Part shown: one piece after another, positions 1-6,691 of the stretch
Numbering within the stretch: the first letter of the stretch is position 1
Layout: every line of letters begins with the position of its first letter
Virus genome (UHGV): UHGV-1717814
DNA length: 10,525 nucleotides
Origin: a virus
Strand: one strand, 5' to 3'
Notes under the pieces: generated by a model
Databases searched by the model: none
What the model was told of the DNA's origin: nothing
What the model saw: the letters and a program-made list of their open reading frames with translations, nothing else
Translations under genes and position numbers: made by a program

Positions 1-45
1 GTTCCACCCTACCTGATATCGAGCCAAACCAGTGCTCTCAGCGTT

Positions 46-122
46 GTGGCATTAGCTCAGTTGGACAGAGCAACCGCCTTCTAAGCGGTTGGTCGCAGGT
101 TCGAATCCTGCATGCCACGCCA
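46..122 (+). tRNA. tRNA-Arg, anticodon UCU (reads AGA)
   Basis: 77 nt. Acceptor stem GTGGCAT (46-52) pairs with ATGCCAC (112-118), discriminator G119, CCA 120-122. D-stem GCTC/GAGC, anticodon stem ACCGC/GCGGT with 7-nt loop CTTCTAA (anticodon TCT at 80-82), T-arm GCAGG-TTCGAAT-CCTGC. Fold worked out by hand, not with a tRNA scanner. Confidence 0.85.
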
Positions 123-165
123 GAATCACGCCTAAGGACCGTGATGCCAGAAGTTCCAGGGGATT

Positions 166-207
166 GGCGGTGATGGTTTCCCTTGAAGGACTATCACCGC
201 CCTTTTT
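166..207 (+). terminator. Putative rho-independent terminator downstream of the tRNA
   Basis: GGCGGTGAT (166-174) pairs with ATCACCGCC (193-201), followed by CTTTTT (202-207). The 18-nt loop is long, so confidence is moderate. Confidence 0.45.
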
Positions 208-325
208 ACAGCAGGACGCCATTGCGATGACTTCATGCTGTAAACCAGTACAGCCACGGAAGGCATAACTCATTGCTTCCAGTTCGCCAGGTTCGCCGGG
301 CATTTTTTTTAGGTGAGAATAGACT

Positions 326-697
326 ATGAGTGACAAAGACATTGAATCTGAAATTCAGGCTAAAGGTTTAGCCGCGCCGCGCGTTACGCCAGACCATATC
401 GAGAGCATTATTGCTCAGGAGGCATATTTCACAGCAGAAGATGGTGTCTTTGGCGTAGCCATAAAAGCGAAACATACTGGCGGAGAGGTAAACTACCAGC
501 CGCACGAATCACTTTCTCTGCTGACATTCTGCGTTCTGGTGCTGCGCAACGGCTTCACCGTCACCGGAGAGAGCGCCTGTGCAAGCCCGGAAAACTTTGA
601 TGCGGAAATTGGTCGGAAGATTGCCCGGCAGAATGCTGTAAACAAAATCTGGATGCTTGAAGGTTACTTGCTGAAGCAGAAGTTAAGCGAGCAATAA
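326..697 (+). CDS. Small phage-associated protein, 123 aa; tentatively N4 gp49 / Sf6 gp66-like family
   Basis: ATG at 326 with GGTGAG 9 nt upstream; TAA at 695-697; followed by a terminator. Family assignment is from memory and not verified. Confidence 0.6.
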   Translation: MSDKDIESEIQAKGLAAPRVTPDHIESIIAQEAYFTAEDGVFGVAIKAKHTGGEVNYQPHESLSLLTFCVLVLRNGFTVTGESACASPENFDAEIGRKIARQNAVNKIWMLEGYLLKQKLSEQ

Positions 698-700
698 CCC

Positions 701-714
701 CGTGACATGTCACA
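701..714. repeat. 14-mer CGTGACATGTCACA, copy 1 (core is the 12-bp perfect palindrome GTGACATGTCAC)
   Basis: Read directly; an identical 14-mer is at 2966-2979. Confidence 0.8.
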
Positions 715-717
715 AAC

Positions 718-746
718 AGCCAGCCGATGAGCTGGCTTTGTTTTAT
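718..746 (+). terminator. Rho-independent terminator between the convergent 326-697 gene and terL
   Basis: AGCCAGC (718-724), loop cgatga, GCTGGCT (731-737), then TTGTTTTAT. Sits in the convergent intergenic gap; the T-run on the opposite strand is weak. Confidence 0.5.
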
Positions 747-787
747 CCTCACCAGAGGATATCAGCAGCATTATCCCCTCCAGAGGA

Positions 788-2263
788 TTAAGCATAGGGA
801 TAGTAATCTGTAATGGCCTTGCCTTGCTGGTTCTGCTGACCGGGAATTCGCAGACGCTTCGACACCGGGAAAGCAAACGTCAGCAGTAGCGCATCGCCTT
901 TACCCGGCGAACGCCCAAGCCGCTCCTTGATATCTTCCTTCGGTTCGATAACGATTTTACCGTCCACGCGAACTTTGTACTCTGCCGCCGACAGGTCGTC
1001 CGCTGTTTCCTGGTCATCCAGCATGCCGCCCAGCCTCAGCCATGTCTTGCATGCATTGAACATCTCCCCACGCTTGTTAAGCATCTGCGGGTCAGTGGAC
1101 GCACCGCCGAACGGAACAAGTTGCCATGTACGTCCCCAGCCATCACCGATTGACTTCAAACCGGTTCCGTAACCGAAGTCGATGAACACCGCGTCAGCCT
1201 GGTACTGGTCTTCAAAGTCAGCGATACGCTTCGCCATAATCAGATCGTCGGTGGTCTTGTTGCCAGTCCATAGCACCTTACTATGCAACCCCTGCCGCAG
1301 GTATATCACCGCGTCATCAACGCCTGAATATGCCGGGTCAACACCGATTATCACCGGTGCATGTGCCACCTGCGCAGCAGTTACCACCCGTTTCATTGCC
1401 TCGTCAGTAAGACCGGTAGGGATAAACTGCAATTCAGATGCATTAGGGAATATGCCGCGTACACGGATTTTAACGAAGTCGCTGTCTTCCCCGTAGTCAT
1501 CAACCCATTTCTGCAATTGCTGCTTGTTAGTACCTTCCACCGTCCGGCTGTCAATCTGCGCAGTTTTCCAGCGGTGTTTATATTTGCGGAAACATTCACG
1601 GAATCGCCCGGTATTACGCGTCGGGTTTCCGAACGCCACCCAGATAATCTCAGTGTCTTCGTCCGTTAGCGCACCTTCGGCAACTTCCCACACCAGATCC
1701 GCAATGTTCGACGCTTCATCGAATACCACGATAATACGTTTGCGCTCGTTGTGTAGTCCGGCGAATGCCTCAGTGTTGTGCTCAGACCAGGGAATTGCGT
1801 CAGCTCGCCACCGCTTGTCGTGCCCAGGATCATTGCTGTACATCGCGGTAGCGGTACAGGTAAACCAGTCTTTCGTGATAGCAAGGTTGGACCACTTGAT
1901 AATTTCCGGCCAGGTCTTCGTTCGTAGCTGGTTGTCGGTGTTGGCGGTCACCACGACCTTACAATCCTCGCAAGTGGACATGCCCCAGTTGATCAGCATT
2001 GAGATGAATGCGGATTTACCAATACCGTGACCAGAAGCACGTGCCAGCATAAGCGGCTGATAGCGCGTCTCTGGATTCTGCAGATGATCACGTATCTCTC
2101 GGAACGCATCGGCCTGCCACTGACGTGGACCGGTGGCATGTGCCAGTTCAGTACCCTCTTCCCCCCACGGGAACGCATAGAGGGCATAGCCAAGCGGATC
2201 GTGAGTGAACCCTGCAATATCCTCGATCAACTGCTCTTCAGGAGATAACGCTGTATCTGTCAC
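788..2263 (-). CDS. terL: Terminase large subunit (ATPase/nuclease), 491 aa
   Basis: Walker A-like SGHGIGKS near the N-terminus and acidic motifs (VVFDEAS, IIGVDPA) typical of terminase ATPase/nuclease domains. GTG start at 2261-2263 overlaps the terS stop (GTGA coupling). Confidence 0.85.
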   Translation of the reverse strand: MTDTALSPEEQLIEDIAGFTHDPLGYALYAFPWGEEGTELAHATGPRQWQADAFREIRDHLQNPETRYQPLMLARASGHGIGKSAFISMLINWGMSTCEDCKVVVTANTDNQLRTKTWPEIIKWSNLAITKDWFTCTATAMYSNDPGHDKRWRADAIPWSEHNTEAFAGLHNERKRIIVVFDEASNIADLVWEVAEGALTDEDTEIIWVAFGNPTRNTGRFRECFRKYKHRWKTAQIDSRTVEGTNKQQLQKWVDDYGEDSDFVKIRVRGIFPNASELQFIPTGLTDEAMKRVVTAAQVAHAPVIIGVDPAYSGVDDAVIYLRQGLHSKVLWTGNKTTDDLIMAKRIADFEDQYQADAVFIDFGYGTGLKSIGDGWGRTWQLVPFGGASTDPQMLNKRGEMFNACKTWLRLGGMLDDQETADDLSAAEYKVRVDGKIVIEPKEDIKERLGRSPGKGDALLLTFAFPVSKRLRIPGQQNQQGKAITDYYPYA

Positions 2264-2856
2264 TGATTACCATCCTGACGTTCTTTGAGTCGCTTCCTGG
2301 CTGCTGCTATGCGATCAGCAATTGTCACATTCACATTAACATCCAGACGTTCTTTGAACGCGTTGACATCAACATGCTTACCAATCAGTTCTAGGTTCTT
2401 CACCTTGTCAGGCCATTTAATTTTTTTGAGGATTGTCTCTATCGAATCCTCGTTCATGTTCATGATGGTCGATGACAGATCAAAGCCACTAAGCGTAGTG
2501 CGCCAGATTTTCGGCCACTCACGGATTGGTTTAAGGCTCCCATCGTCGTTGAGGATATCGATCACGTCCATCTGGTCGATCTCCACCAAGCGCATGAGAA
2601 CGTAATCAGCACTGACGCGCATTCGTTTGTTGCGCTCCTCCATCAACTCGGCAATCCGTTTTTGAATGCGTTCATCGCGCATCATGACACTGGCTTTAAC
2701 TGCCGCTGTATTTGGGGAGAATCCTGCGTTAATCGCTGCCTGAGTCTGGTTTTCAGGCGTTTTGATGTATGACTGGCAATAAGCCTCCTGCATTGCTGTG
2801 AGCGGCTTAAATTGCGTTGATTTGCGTTTATAGGTTTTAGGTTCAGCAGGCATCAT
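2260..2856 (-). CDS. terS: Terminase small subunit, about 198 aa
   Basis: LTAMQEAYCQSYI...AAINAGFSPNTAAVKAS...RIQKRIAELMEER matches the pattern I recall for phage terminase small subunits. The ORF-track start at 2934 is a TTG extension overlapping a terminator hairpin; I place the start at the tandem ATGs 2854-2856 / 2851-2853, preceded by GGTGG. Confidence 0.8.
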   Translation of the reverse strand: MMPAEPKTYKRKSTQFKPLTAMQEAYCQSYIKTPENQTQAAINAGFSPNTAAVKASVMMRDERIQKRIAELMEERNKRMRVSADYVLMRLVEIDQMDVIDILNDDGSLKPIREWPKIWRTTLSGFDLSSTIMNMNEDSIETILKKIKWPDKVKNLELIGKHVDVNAFKERLDVNVNVTIADRIAAARKRLKERQDGNQ

Positions 2857-2865
2857 AACCACCGT

Positions 2866-2895
2866 GGTAATAGTTACCGTTGTGGTAATAGTACC
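2866..2895. promoter_or_regulatory. Palindrome cluster directly upstream of terS: perfect TTACC-gttgt-GGTAA (2874-2888) flanked by extra GGTAA / TACC half-sites
   Basis: Read directly; same motif as at the immunity region. Lies between the terminator (2899-2925) and the terS start codon. Confidence 0.45.
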
Positions 2896-2898
2896 ATG

Positions 2899-2925
2899 CA
2901 AAATAAAGCCGCCATAGTTGGCGGC
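2899..2925 (-). terminator. Rho-independent terminator upstream of terS (minus-strand sense)
   Basis: GCCGCCA (2908-2914) pairs with TGGCGGC (2919-2925), loop TAGT. On the minus strand the hairpin is followed by TTTATTT (complement of 2901-2907). Confidence 0.55.
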
Positions 2926-2965
2926 AGTATTCAAAACCCGTCAAATTCATCATGCATAATCTACT

Positions 2966-2979
2966 CGTGACATGTCACA
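2966..2979. repeat. 14-mer CGTGACATGTCACA, copy 2
   Basis: Identical to 701-714. Overlaps the stop codon of the 2975-3322 ORF and lies about 40 nt upstream (in transcription sense) of the terS-proximal terminator. Confidence 0.8.
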
Positions 2980-3322
2980 CTATTAATTTCGTTTCATGCC
3001 AGCCTTTAGTCACCCAGCATTGCGAGTCACCATTACACGGGCATGAATTAACTGGAACTCTCTCGCCGCACTTACCGCAACGTTTTCTGCTGATCGATTT
3101 TATACGCCCGCGCACACGTGCATCATCCTGGCGGATCAGCAGCGCGATGTACTCGGCCATTTCATAGGGATCGCGACCAGGGCGCCGGGCGGCGCAGTTC
3201 CGCGCCAGCATTTCCTGCTCCTGCTTATCCAGCACCAGTTCAATTTTGCGCTCACCGGCGGCGGACTGCCGAGCGCGCTGCGCGGCTTTGCGTTCTGCGG
3301 GGGATTTAGCCACGAATCGCAC
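2975..3322 (-). CDS. Hypothetical basic protein (about 112-115 aa) with C-terminal Cys cluster CGKCG...CPCNGDSQC; possible DNA-binding regulator
   Basis: Long ORF on the operon strand. Start is uncertain: GTG at 3320-3322 or GTG at 3311-3313, which has GGAG 8 nt upstream. Function is inferred only from composition and position. Confidence 0.4.
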   Translation of the reverse strand: MRFVAKSPAERKAAQRARQSAAGERKIELVLDKQEQEMLARNCAARRPGRDPYEMAEYIALLIRQDDARVRGRIKSISRKRCGKCGERVPVNSCPCNGDSQCWVTKGWHETKLIV

Positions 3323-3428
3323 TCCACGCCAGATTGATTAATGACTCCCAGGTAATATAAACCCGGATACCAGCAGCCAGGCCGAAACCAATCACCATGG
3401 CATAAAGCAGAGCGTTGCACTTGTTCAT
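3306..3428 (-). CDS. 40-aa hydrophobic peptide (MNKCNALLYAMVIGFGLAAGIRVYITWESLINLAWSAIRG), putative small membrane protein
   Basis: Below the ORF-track size cut-off. ATG overlaps the stop of the upstream gene (TGATG) and GGAGGTGA lies upstream. Overlaps the start region of the 2975-3322 ORF, so one of the two models is probably wrong. Confidence 0.35.
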   Translation of the reverse strand: MNKCNALLYAMVIGFGLAAGIRVYITWESLINLAWSAIRG

Positions 3429-4195
3429 CACTTCACCTCCTGCGGCGGTTCTGGTAGCGGCATCCAGTGGGTTACATTGCGGCTCTGCGTTTCGAAGAAC
3501 TCCTCACCATTGCGGACGACATCAAAAAATTCACCGTCTCGATATTGCGCATAAAGAACGAATGCGCTATCACATAAAATAATTACGTGCTGACCATCAT
3601 CAGGCATTCGCTCACTACAGCTTATCCAACCATCCGGAGTAACCGGATAGTTGCCATTCACAAGGTCAGCTCGAACATATAGCGTGTCATCATGGTGCTG
3701 ATTGTGGCTGCACCACGTTAATTCGCTTAACTCGCCATCTTCTGGCCATACTCCAGCCGTTTGCAGCCAGATATGGGCTGGCGCATCTTGGCAAGGTGTA
3801 TTAACTGGCAACTTGTAAGTTTGGCTTACAGGTTCGGCACCATGAAGCATGGCGGCGCGGCAGGCATTCCAGCCTGTAGCGTATGCAGCCGCTTTGCTGC
3901 TGCCTTCAACTGGCGCATCCTGCCAATACATTTCTTCCGGCACTACCTGCACCTGAGGGGTGGCGTAGAGTGGAATTCCTCCCCCTCCACCAGAAAATTC
4001 ATTGCGAGCGTTATACTCACGACCATCTGCGTCATCACGCATCCACGCCACCGGTTCTGCTTCCAGCGATGCCAGCGCGATACGAAACACATTGGCAAGC
4101 AGGCTGTCTGAAGATTGGTTATCGTGCGCCGGGTCGCTCAGGAAGCCTGTGATGAATGATTTAATCTCCGCACGTTCTTTGGTAATAGTGGTCAT
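3428..4195 (-). CDS. DUF551-like phage protein, 255 aa
   Basis: C-terminal segment WISCSERMPDDGQHVIIL...HWMPLPEPP resembles the DUF551 signature as I recall it; N-terminal part is joined by a GGGGG linker. AAGGAG 8 nt upstream of the ATG at 4193-4195. Confidence 0.7.
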   Translation of the reverse strand: MTTITKERAEIKSFITGFLSDPAHDNQSSDSLLANVFRIALASLEAEPVAWMRDDADGREYNARNEFSGGGGGIPLYATPQVQVVPEEMYWQDAPVEGSSKAAAYATGWNACRAAMLHGAEPVSQTYKLPVNTPCQDAPAHIWLQTAGVWPEDGELSELTWCSHNQHHDDTLYVRADLVNGNYPVTPDGWISCSERMPDDGQHVIILCDSAFVLYAQYRDGEFFDVVRNGEEFFETQSRNVTHWMPLPEPPQEVK

Positions 4196-4205
4196 GTGTT
4201 ACTCC

Positions 4206-4469
4206 TTAACCCGCAGTGCTTTCAACTGATGAGGGGAATAAAATCTTTTCATCAAATCCGGCATTCATATCATGGACAGCAACACACCAATCCATCGACG
4301 AACGATTATCAAGAGCCTCCATGATTTCATCCATGCGGCGCAGGTCATACAGGTAAATGCTTTTATCGCCAATGGTGTAAAAACCAATTTTTTTCGGTGA
4401 TGGGCAGCGATCAAGAACGTCCTGTAATTCGTTCAACCATGCCTGTTCTTTTTTTGTCAAAGTTGCCAT
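4206..4469 (-). CDS. Hypothetical protein, 87 aa (possibly extended to the GTG at 4544)
   Basis: ATG at 4467-4469 with TAAGGAAAA upstream; stop overlaps the DUF551-like gene's SD. The upstream extension encodes FAKSPARRK, similar to the N-terminus of the 2975-3322 ORF, so the longer form cannot be excluded. Confidence 0.55.
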   Translation of the reverse strand: MATLTKKEQAWLNELQDVLDRCPSPKKIGFYTIGDKSIYLYDLRRMDEIMEALDNRSSMDWCVAVHDMNAGFDEKILFPSSVESTAG

Positions 4470-4470
4470 A

Positions 4471-4662
4471 TCAGTTTTCCTTATTAATGCGACAGTGGTT
4501 TTTCCAGCGGTTTTGCGCCGCGCTGGGCTTTTTGCAAAAACCACAATCCATCATCCCGTAATATTTCATCAACCCCATCCGTCGGTTGCTGAGTCTCACC
4601 CACTGCCAGACGCCAGGAGCGTTTCTACGAACTAACAGAATCTTTGCTTTACGGTTTTTCAT
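4471..4662 (-). CDS. Micro-ORF, 63 aa, basic (MKNRKAK...)
   Basis: ATG at 4660-4662 overlaps the stop of the upstream micro-ORF (ATGA); its own stop is 1 nt from the next ATG. No family recognised. Confidence 0.3.
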   Translation of the reverse strand: MKNRKAKILLVRRNAPGVWQWVRLSNRRMGLMKYYGMMDCGFCKKPSAAQNRWKNHCRINKEN

Positions 4663-4835
4663 CTTACAGCGTACCCTTTCTTCCGCCTGTTCTGTGACGC
4701 AGTAGGCTTACGCTTTGCGGCAAAAGCCACCTGACCAAATGGATGGAGTACCGCTATCTTATGGTTGCTAATAACCAGCTCCACCACACGCACAGGTCGC
4801 TGTAAAAAAAGTCGTTTTGCCTTACGGTTTTTCAT
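4659..4835 (-). CDS. Micro-ORF, 58 aa, basic (MKNRKAKRLF...)
   Basis: ATGA coupling at both ends; shares a near-identical 23-nt start region with the 4471-4662 ORF. Confidence 0.25.
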   Translation of the reverse strand: MKNRKAKRLFLQRPVRVVELVISNHKIAVLHPFGQVAFAAKRKPTASQNRRKKGYAVR

Positions 4836-5008
4836 CGCTTTGCTCTCCTGCGTCTCTTTGCTGCTCGTCGTGCCGCTGCAATACCGGTATGGCGGCGCTT
4901 TGGTGCCGGGATGATGTTGTCAGCCATCAGGACATACGGCTTTGCAATTAGCGCAGAAGCCCAAAAACGAGTCGGGTACGGTAACAAGCCGATACATGCC
5001 ACACGCAT
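4832..5008 (-). CDS. Micro-ORF, 58 aa, very basic C-terminus (MRVACIGLL...RRAAKRRRRAKR)
   Basis: ATG overlaps the TAA of the Ea22-like gene (TAATG) with AGGAGG 6 nt upstream; stop overlaps the next ATG. Confidence 0.35.
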   Translation of the reverse strand: MRVACIGLLPYPTRFWASALIAKPYVLMADNIIPAPKRRHTGIAAARRAAKRRRRAKR

Positions 5009-5769
5009 TACTCACCTCCTTTGATGCGAATGCCTGCAGCGCGGATTGCAGCGATGACTTCAGAAACTTTGTATGCCATTACCGTTTGGTAATCATCGTG
5101 AAAATCTGTTCGATGAAGCATGCTGCTACGTTCCGGGAGCGATATTTCCCGAGCATCCAGTTCCTTAACGCGTTCCTCCAGTTCGTAGACCCTGCATTGT
5201 TCTCTATCATCAATCAGATATAACCCAAGACATTCGCTTTCTACCCAACCGCCAAAATCATGATCGTAACGCTCACATGAAAACTCACCGTCACCGTCCT
5301 TTGTTGGAATGGTGTAACTATCTAATGGGCCACCATATGTCGGCACATTTCCCAATGTTGGATGCTCAATCCACATGAAAAATGCACGTCCGGTTATTGG
5401 GCAAATATCTGGCCGCCATTGGTTACGAACAGCCTTGGTTTCGGATAATTCTTCAGCGTGTTGTTTTACTTCCTCAAGCTCAACTCTCAGCTTCCCTACC
5501 GTTAGCGCAATATCCTCGTTCTCCTGATCGCGGCGTTTTATGTATTGCTGGTTTCTTTCCCGTTCATCCAGAAGCGCCAAGACGGTAGCCGGATTGGCTG
5601 CGGCGATGAATTCAGCATCACGAGATTCGTTTTCACTGAACACCATAGCTATTTGCTCATGGTTTATGCCGTCAGTGGAGTAAATCTCATCGTCGAATTC
5701 AACAGCCCACTTACCTTTCGTAGCCTTCTCTGCCGCCTCACGCAGTGCCTGATAGTCAATCTTGCTCAC
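5008..5769 (-). CDS. Ead/Ea22-like protein, 253 aa
   Basis: N-terminus MSKIDYQALREAAEKATKGKW matches the recalled Ea22-like signature of lambdoid prophages. GTG start at 5767-5769 with AAGGAGG 6 nt upstream. Confidence 0.7.
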   Translation of the reverse strand: MSKIDYQALREAAEKATKGKWAVEFDDEIYSTDGINHEQIAMVFSENESRDAEFIAAANPATVLALLDERERNQQYIKRRDQENEDIALTVGKLRVELEEVKQHAEELSETKAVRNQWRPDICPITGRAFFMWIEHPTLGNVPTYGGPLDSYTIPTKDGDGEFSCERYDHDFGGWVESECLGLYLIDDREQCRVYELEERVKELDAREISLPERSSMLHRTDFHDDYQTVMAYKVSEVIAAIRAAGIRIKGGE

Positions 5770-6070
5770 TGGCAGCCTCCTTTGCCGGGATTTCTAACTT
5801 TTGAGTGGTTGTATCAAATTCAAACAACTTAACCACGTCATCAAACAGGACATAATCACCATCAGGATCTTCAGTCATATCTGCGCCACAATCCTGACCG
5901 CACGAGTCGCAACCATCCATATCAAGCTCGTATCGCTTCAGGTTTGCGATATTTGATAAATTCAGCGCCAGTACAGCCAGGTCATAAACCTCTTCGGCAG
6001 TGACATCGCTGTTCAGTCCCATTTCATGGCGATATATGATTTTTTCTACACGTTGTTTTGTGATCGTCAT
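5756..6070 (-). CDS. Hypothetical strongly acidic protein, 104 aa (24 D/E against 9 K/R by my count; Cys cluster DGCDSCGQDCGAD)
   Basis: ATG at 6068-6070 overlaps the upstream stop (ATGA). Composition counted by hand. Confidence 0.6.
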   Translation of the reverse strand: MTITKQRVEKIIYRHEMGLNSDVTAEEVYDLAVLALNLSNIANLKRYELDMDGCDSCGQDCGADMTEDPDGDYVLFDDVVKLFEFDTTTQKLEIPAKEAASEQD

Positions 6071-6630
6071 TTTTGCTCACCTTCCTGTTCTTCCAGAAAA
6101 ATACGCATAGCCTCAAGCATCTCTTCGGTGTCATACGGAGACAGCTTGTCACGCAGGATGTGTTCAATGCTGTTAATGAACTTGCGGATTGCTTTGCGTT
6201 CAATTTCAGCCAGGAAAGCGTCGGTGGCTGGGGTGTCTGATTGCAGAGACTTTGCGCGATAGTCATTCCACCCTCTTGCATACATGGGATTAACTTGCAC
6301 TCCATCTTTTACGCAATATGCCTGCCCTCCACGGTTGATAACCTTGATTTCGTCCATAGCGCCAGACTTCAGCCCCGCATTCTCCGCCGCCAGTGCCGAA
6401 AACTTCTCGTGTGCCAACTTAACAGCCGAATCAGCCTGCTTAATTGACTCAATCGCTTTCTGCTGGTCTTCGGCCAGCGCATTAGCACGCACCAGTTGCA
6501 CTTCCAGTTGCGTTGCCAAATCGCTGATCAGCTTTGCCACACTGCGCATATCAACGGCACCACATTCTGCTTTCAGTTCCGAAGCCATCTCATGCCCGGC
6601 GGCAACTAACCCTTTGATATTACTTTCCAT
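6067..6630 (-). CDS. Hypothetical protein with alanine-rich, probably coiled-coil N-terminal half, 187 aa
   Basis: ATG at 6628-6630 with GAGGGTAAAG upstream; no family recognised. Confidence 0.6.
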   Translation of the reverse strand: MESNIKGLVAAGHEMASELKAECGAVDMRSVAKLISDLATQLEVQLVRANALAEDQQKAIESIKQADSAVKLAHEKFSALAAENAGLKSGAMDEIKVINRGGQAYCVKDGVQVNPMYARGWNDYRAKSLQSDTPATDAFLAEIERKAIRKFINSIEHILRDKLSPYDTEEMLEAMRIFLEEQEGEQK

Positions 6631-6691
6631 CTTTACCCTCGCTTATCCACATAACTTATTGATTACATTGATAACTAAAAAGATCGTCGAT

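Noticed and set aside
52-342. 96-aa ORF on the minus strand
   Set aside because: It overlaps the tRNA and its terminator on the opposite strand; no ribosome-binding site; treated as a shadow ORF.
701-714. Possible CRP site (GTGA...TCACA)
   Set aside because: The half-sites are separated by 4 nt, not the 6 nt of the CRP consensus TGTGA-N6-TCACA.
927-2248. Several plus-strand ORFs (927-1172, 1182-1496, 1361-1669, 1524-2030, 2027-2248) and small minus-strand ORFs in other frames
   Set aside because: All lie inside the terL coding region, which has a clear terminase signature; they are antisense or out-of-frame shadows.
2857-2934. N-terminal extension of terS from a TTG start (MNTAANYGGFILHGTITTTVTITTVV)
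   Set aside because: The extension spans the terminator hairpin and the palindrome cluster and reads as low-complexity Thr/Ile/Val; the tandem ATGs at 2851-2856 are a better start.
3118-3420. ORFs 3118-3309 (+) and 3136-3420 (-) with Arg/Pro/Trp-rich translations
   Set aside because: They are out-of-frame readings of GC-rich sequence within the 2975-3322 / 3306-3428 region and lack start signals.
5079-5092. TTACC-gttt-GGTAA palindrome
   Set aside because: Spacer is 4 nt instead of 5 and the site is inside the Ea22-like coding sequence; probably not an operator.
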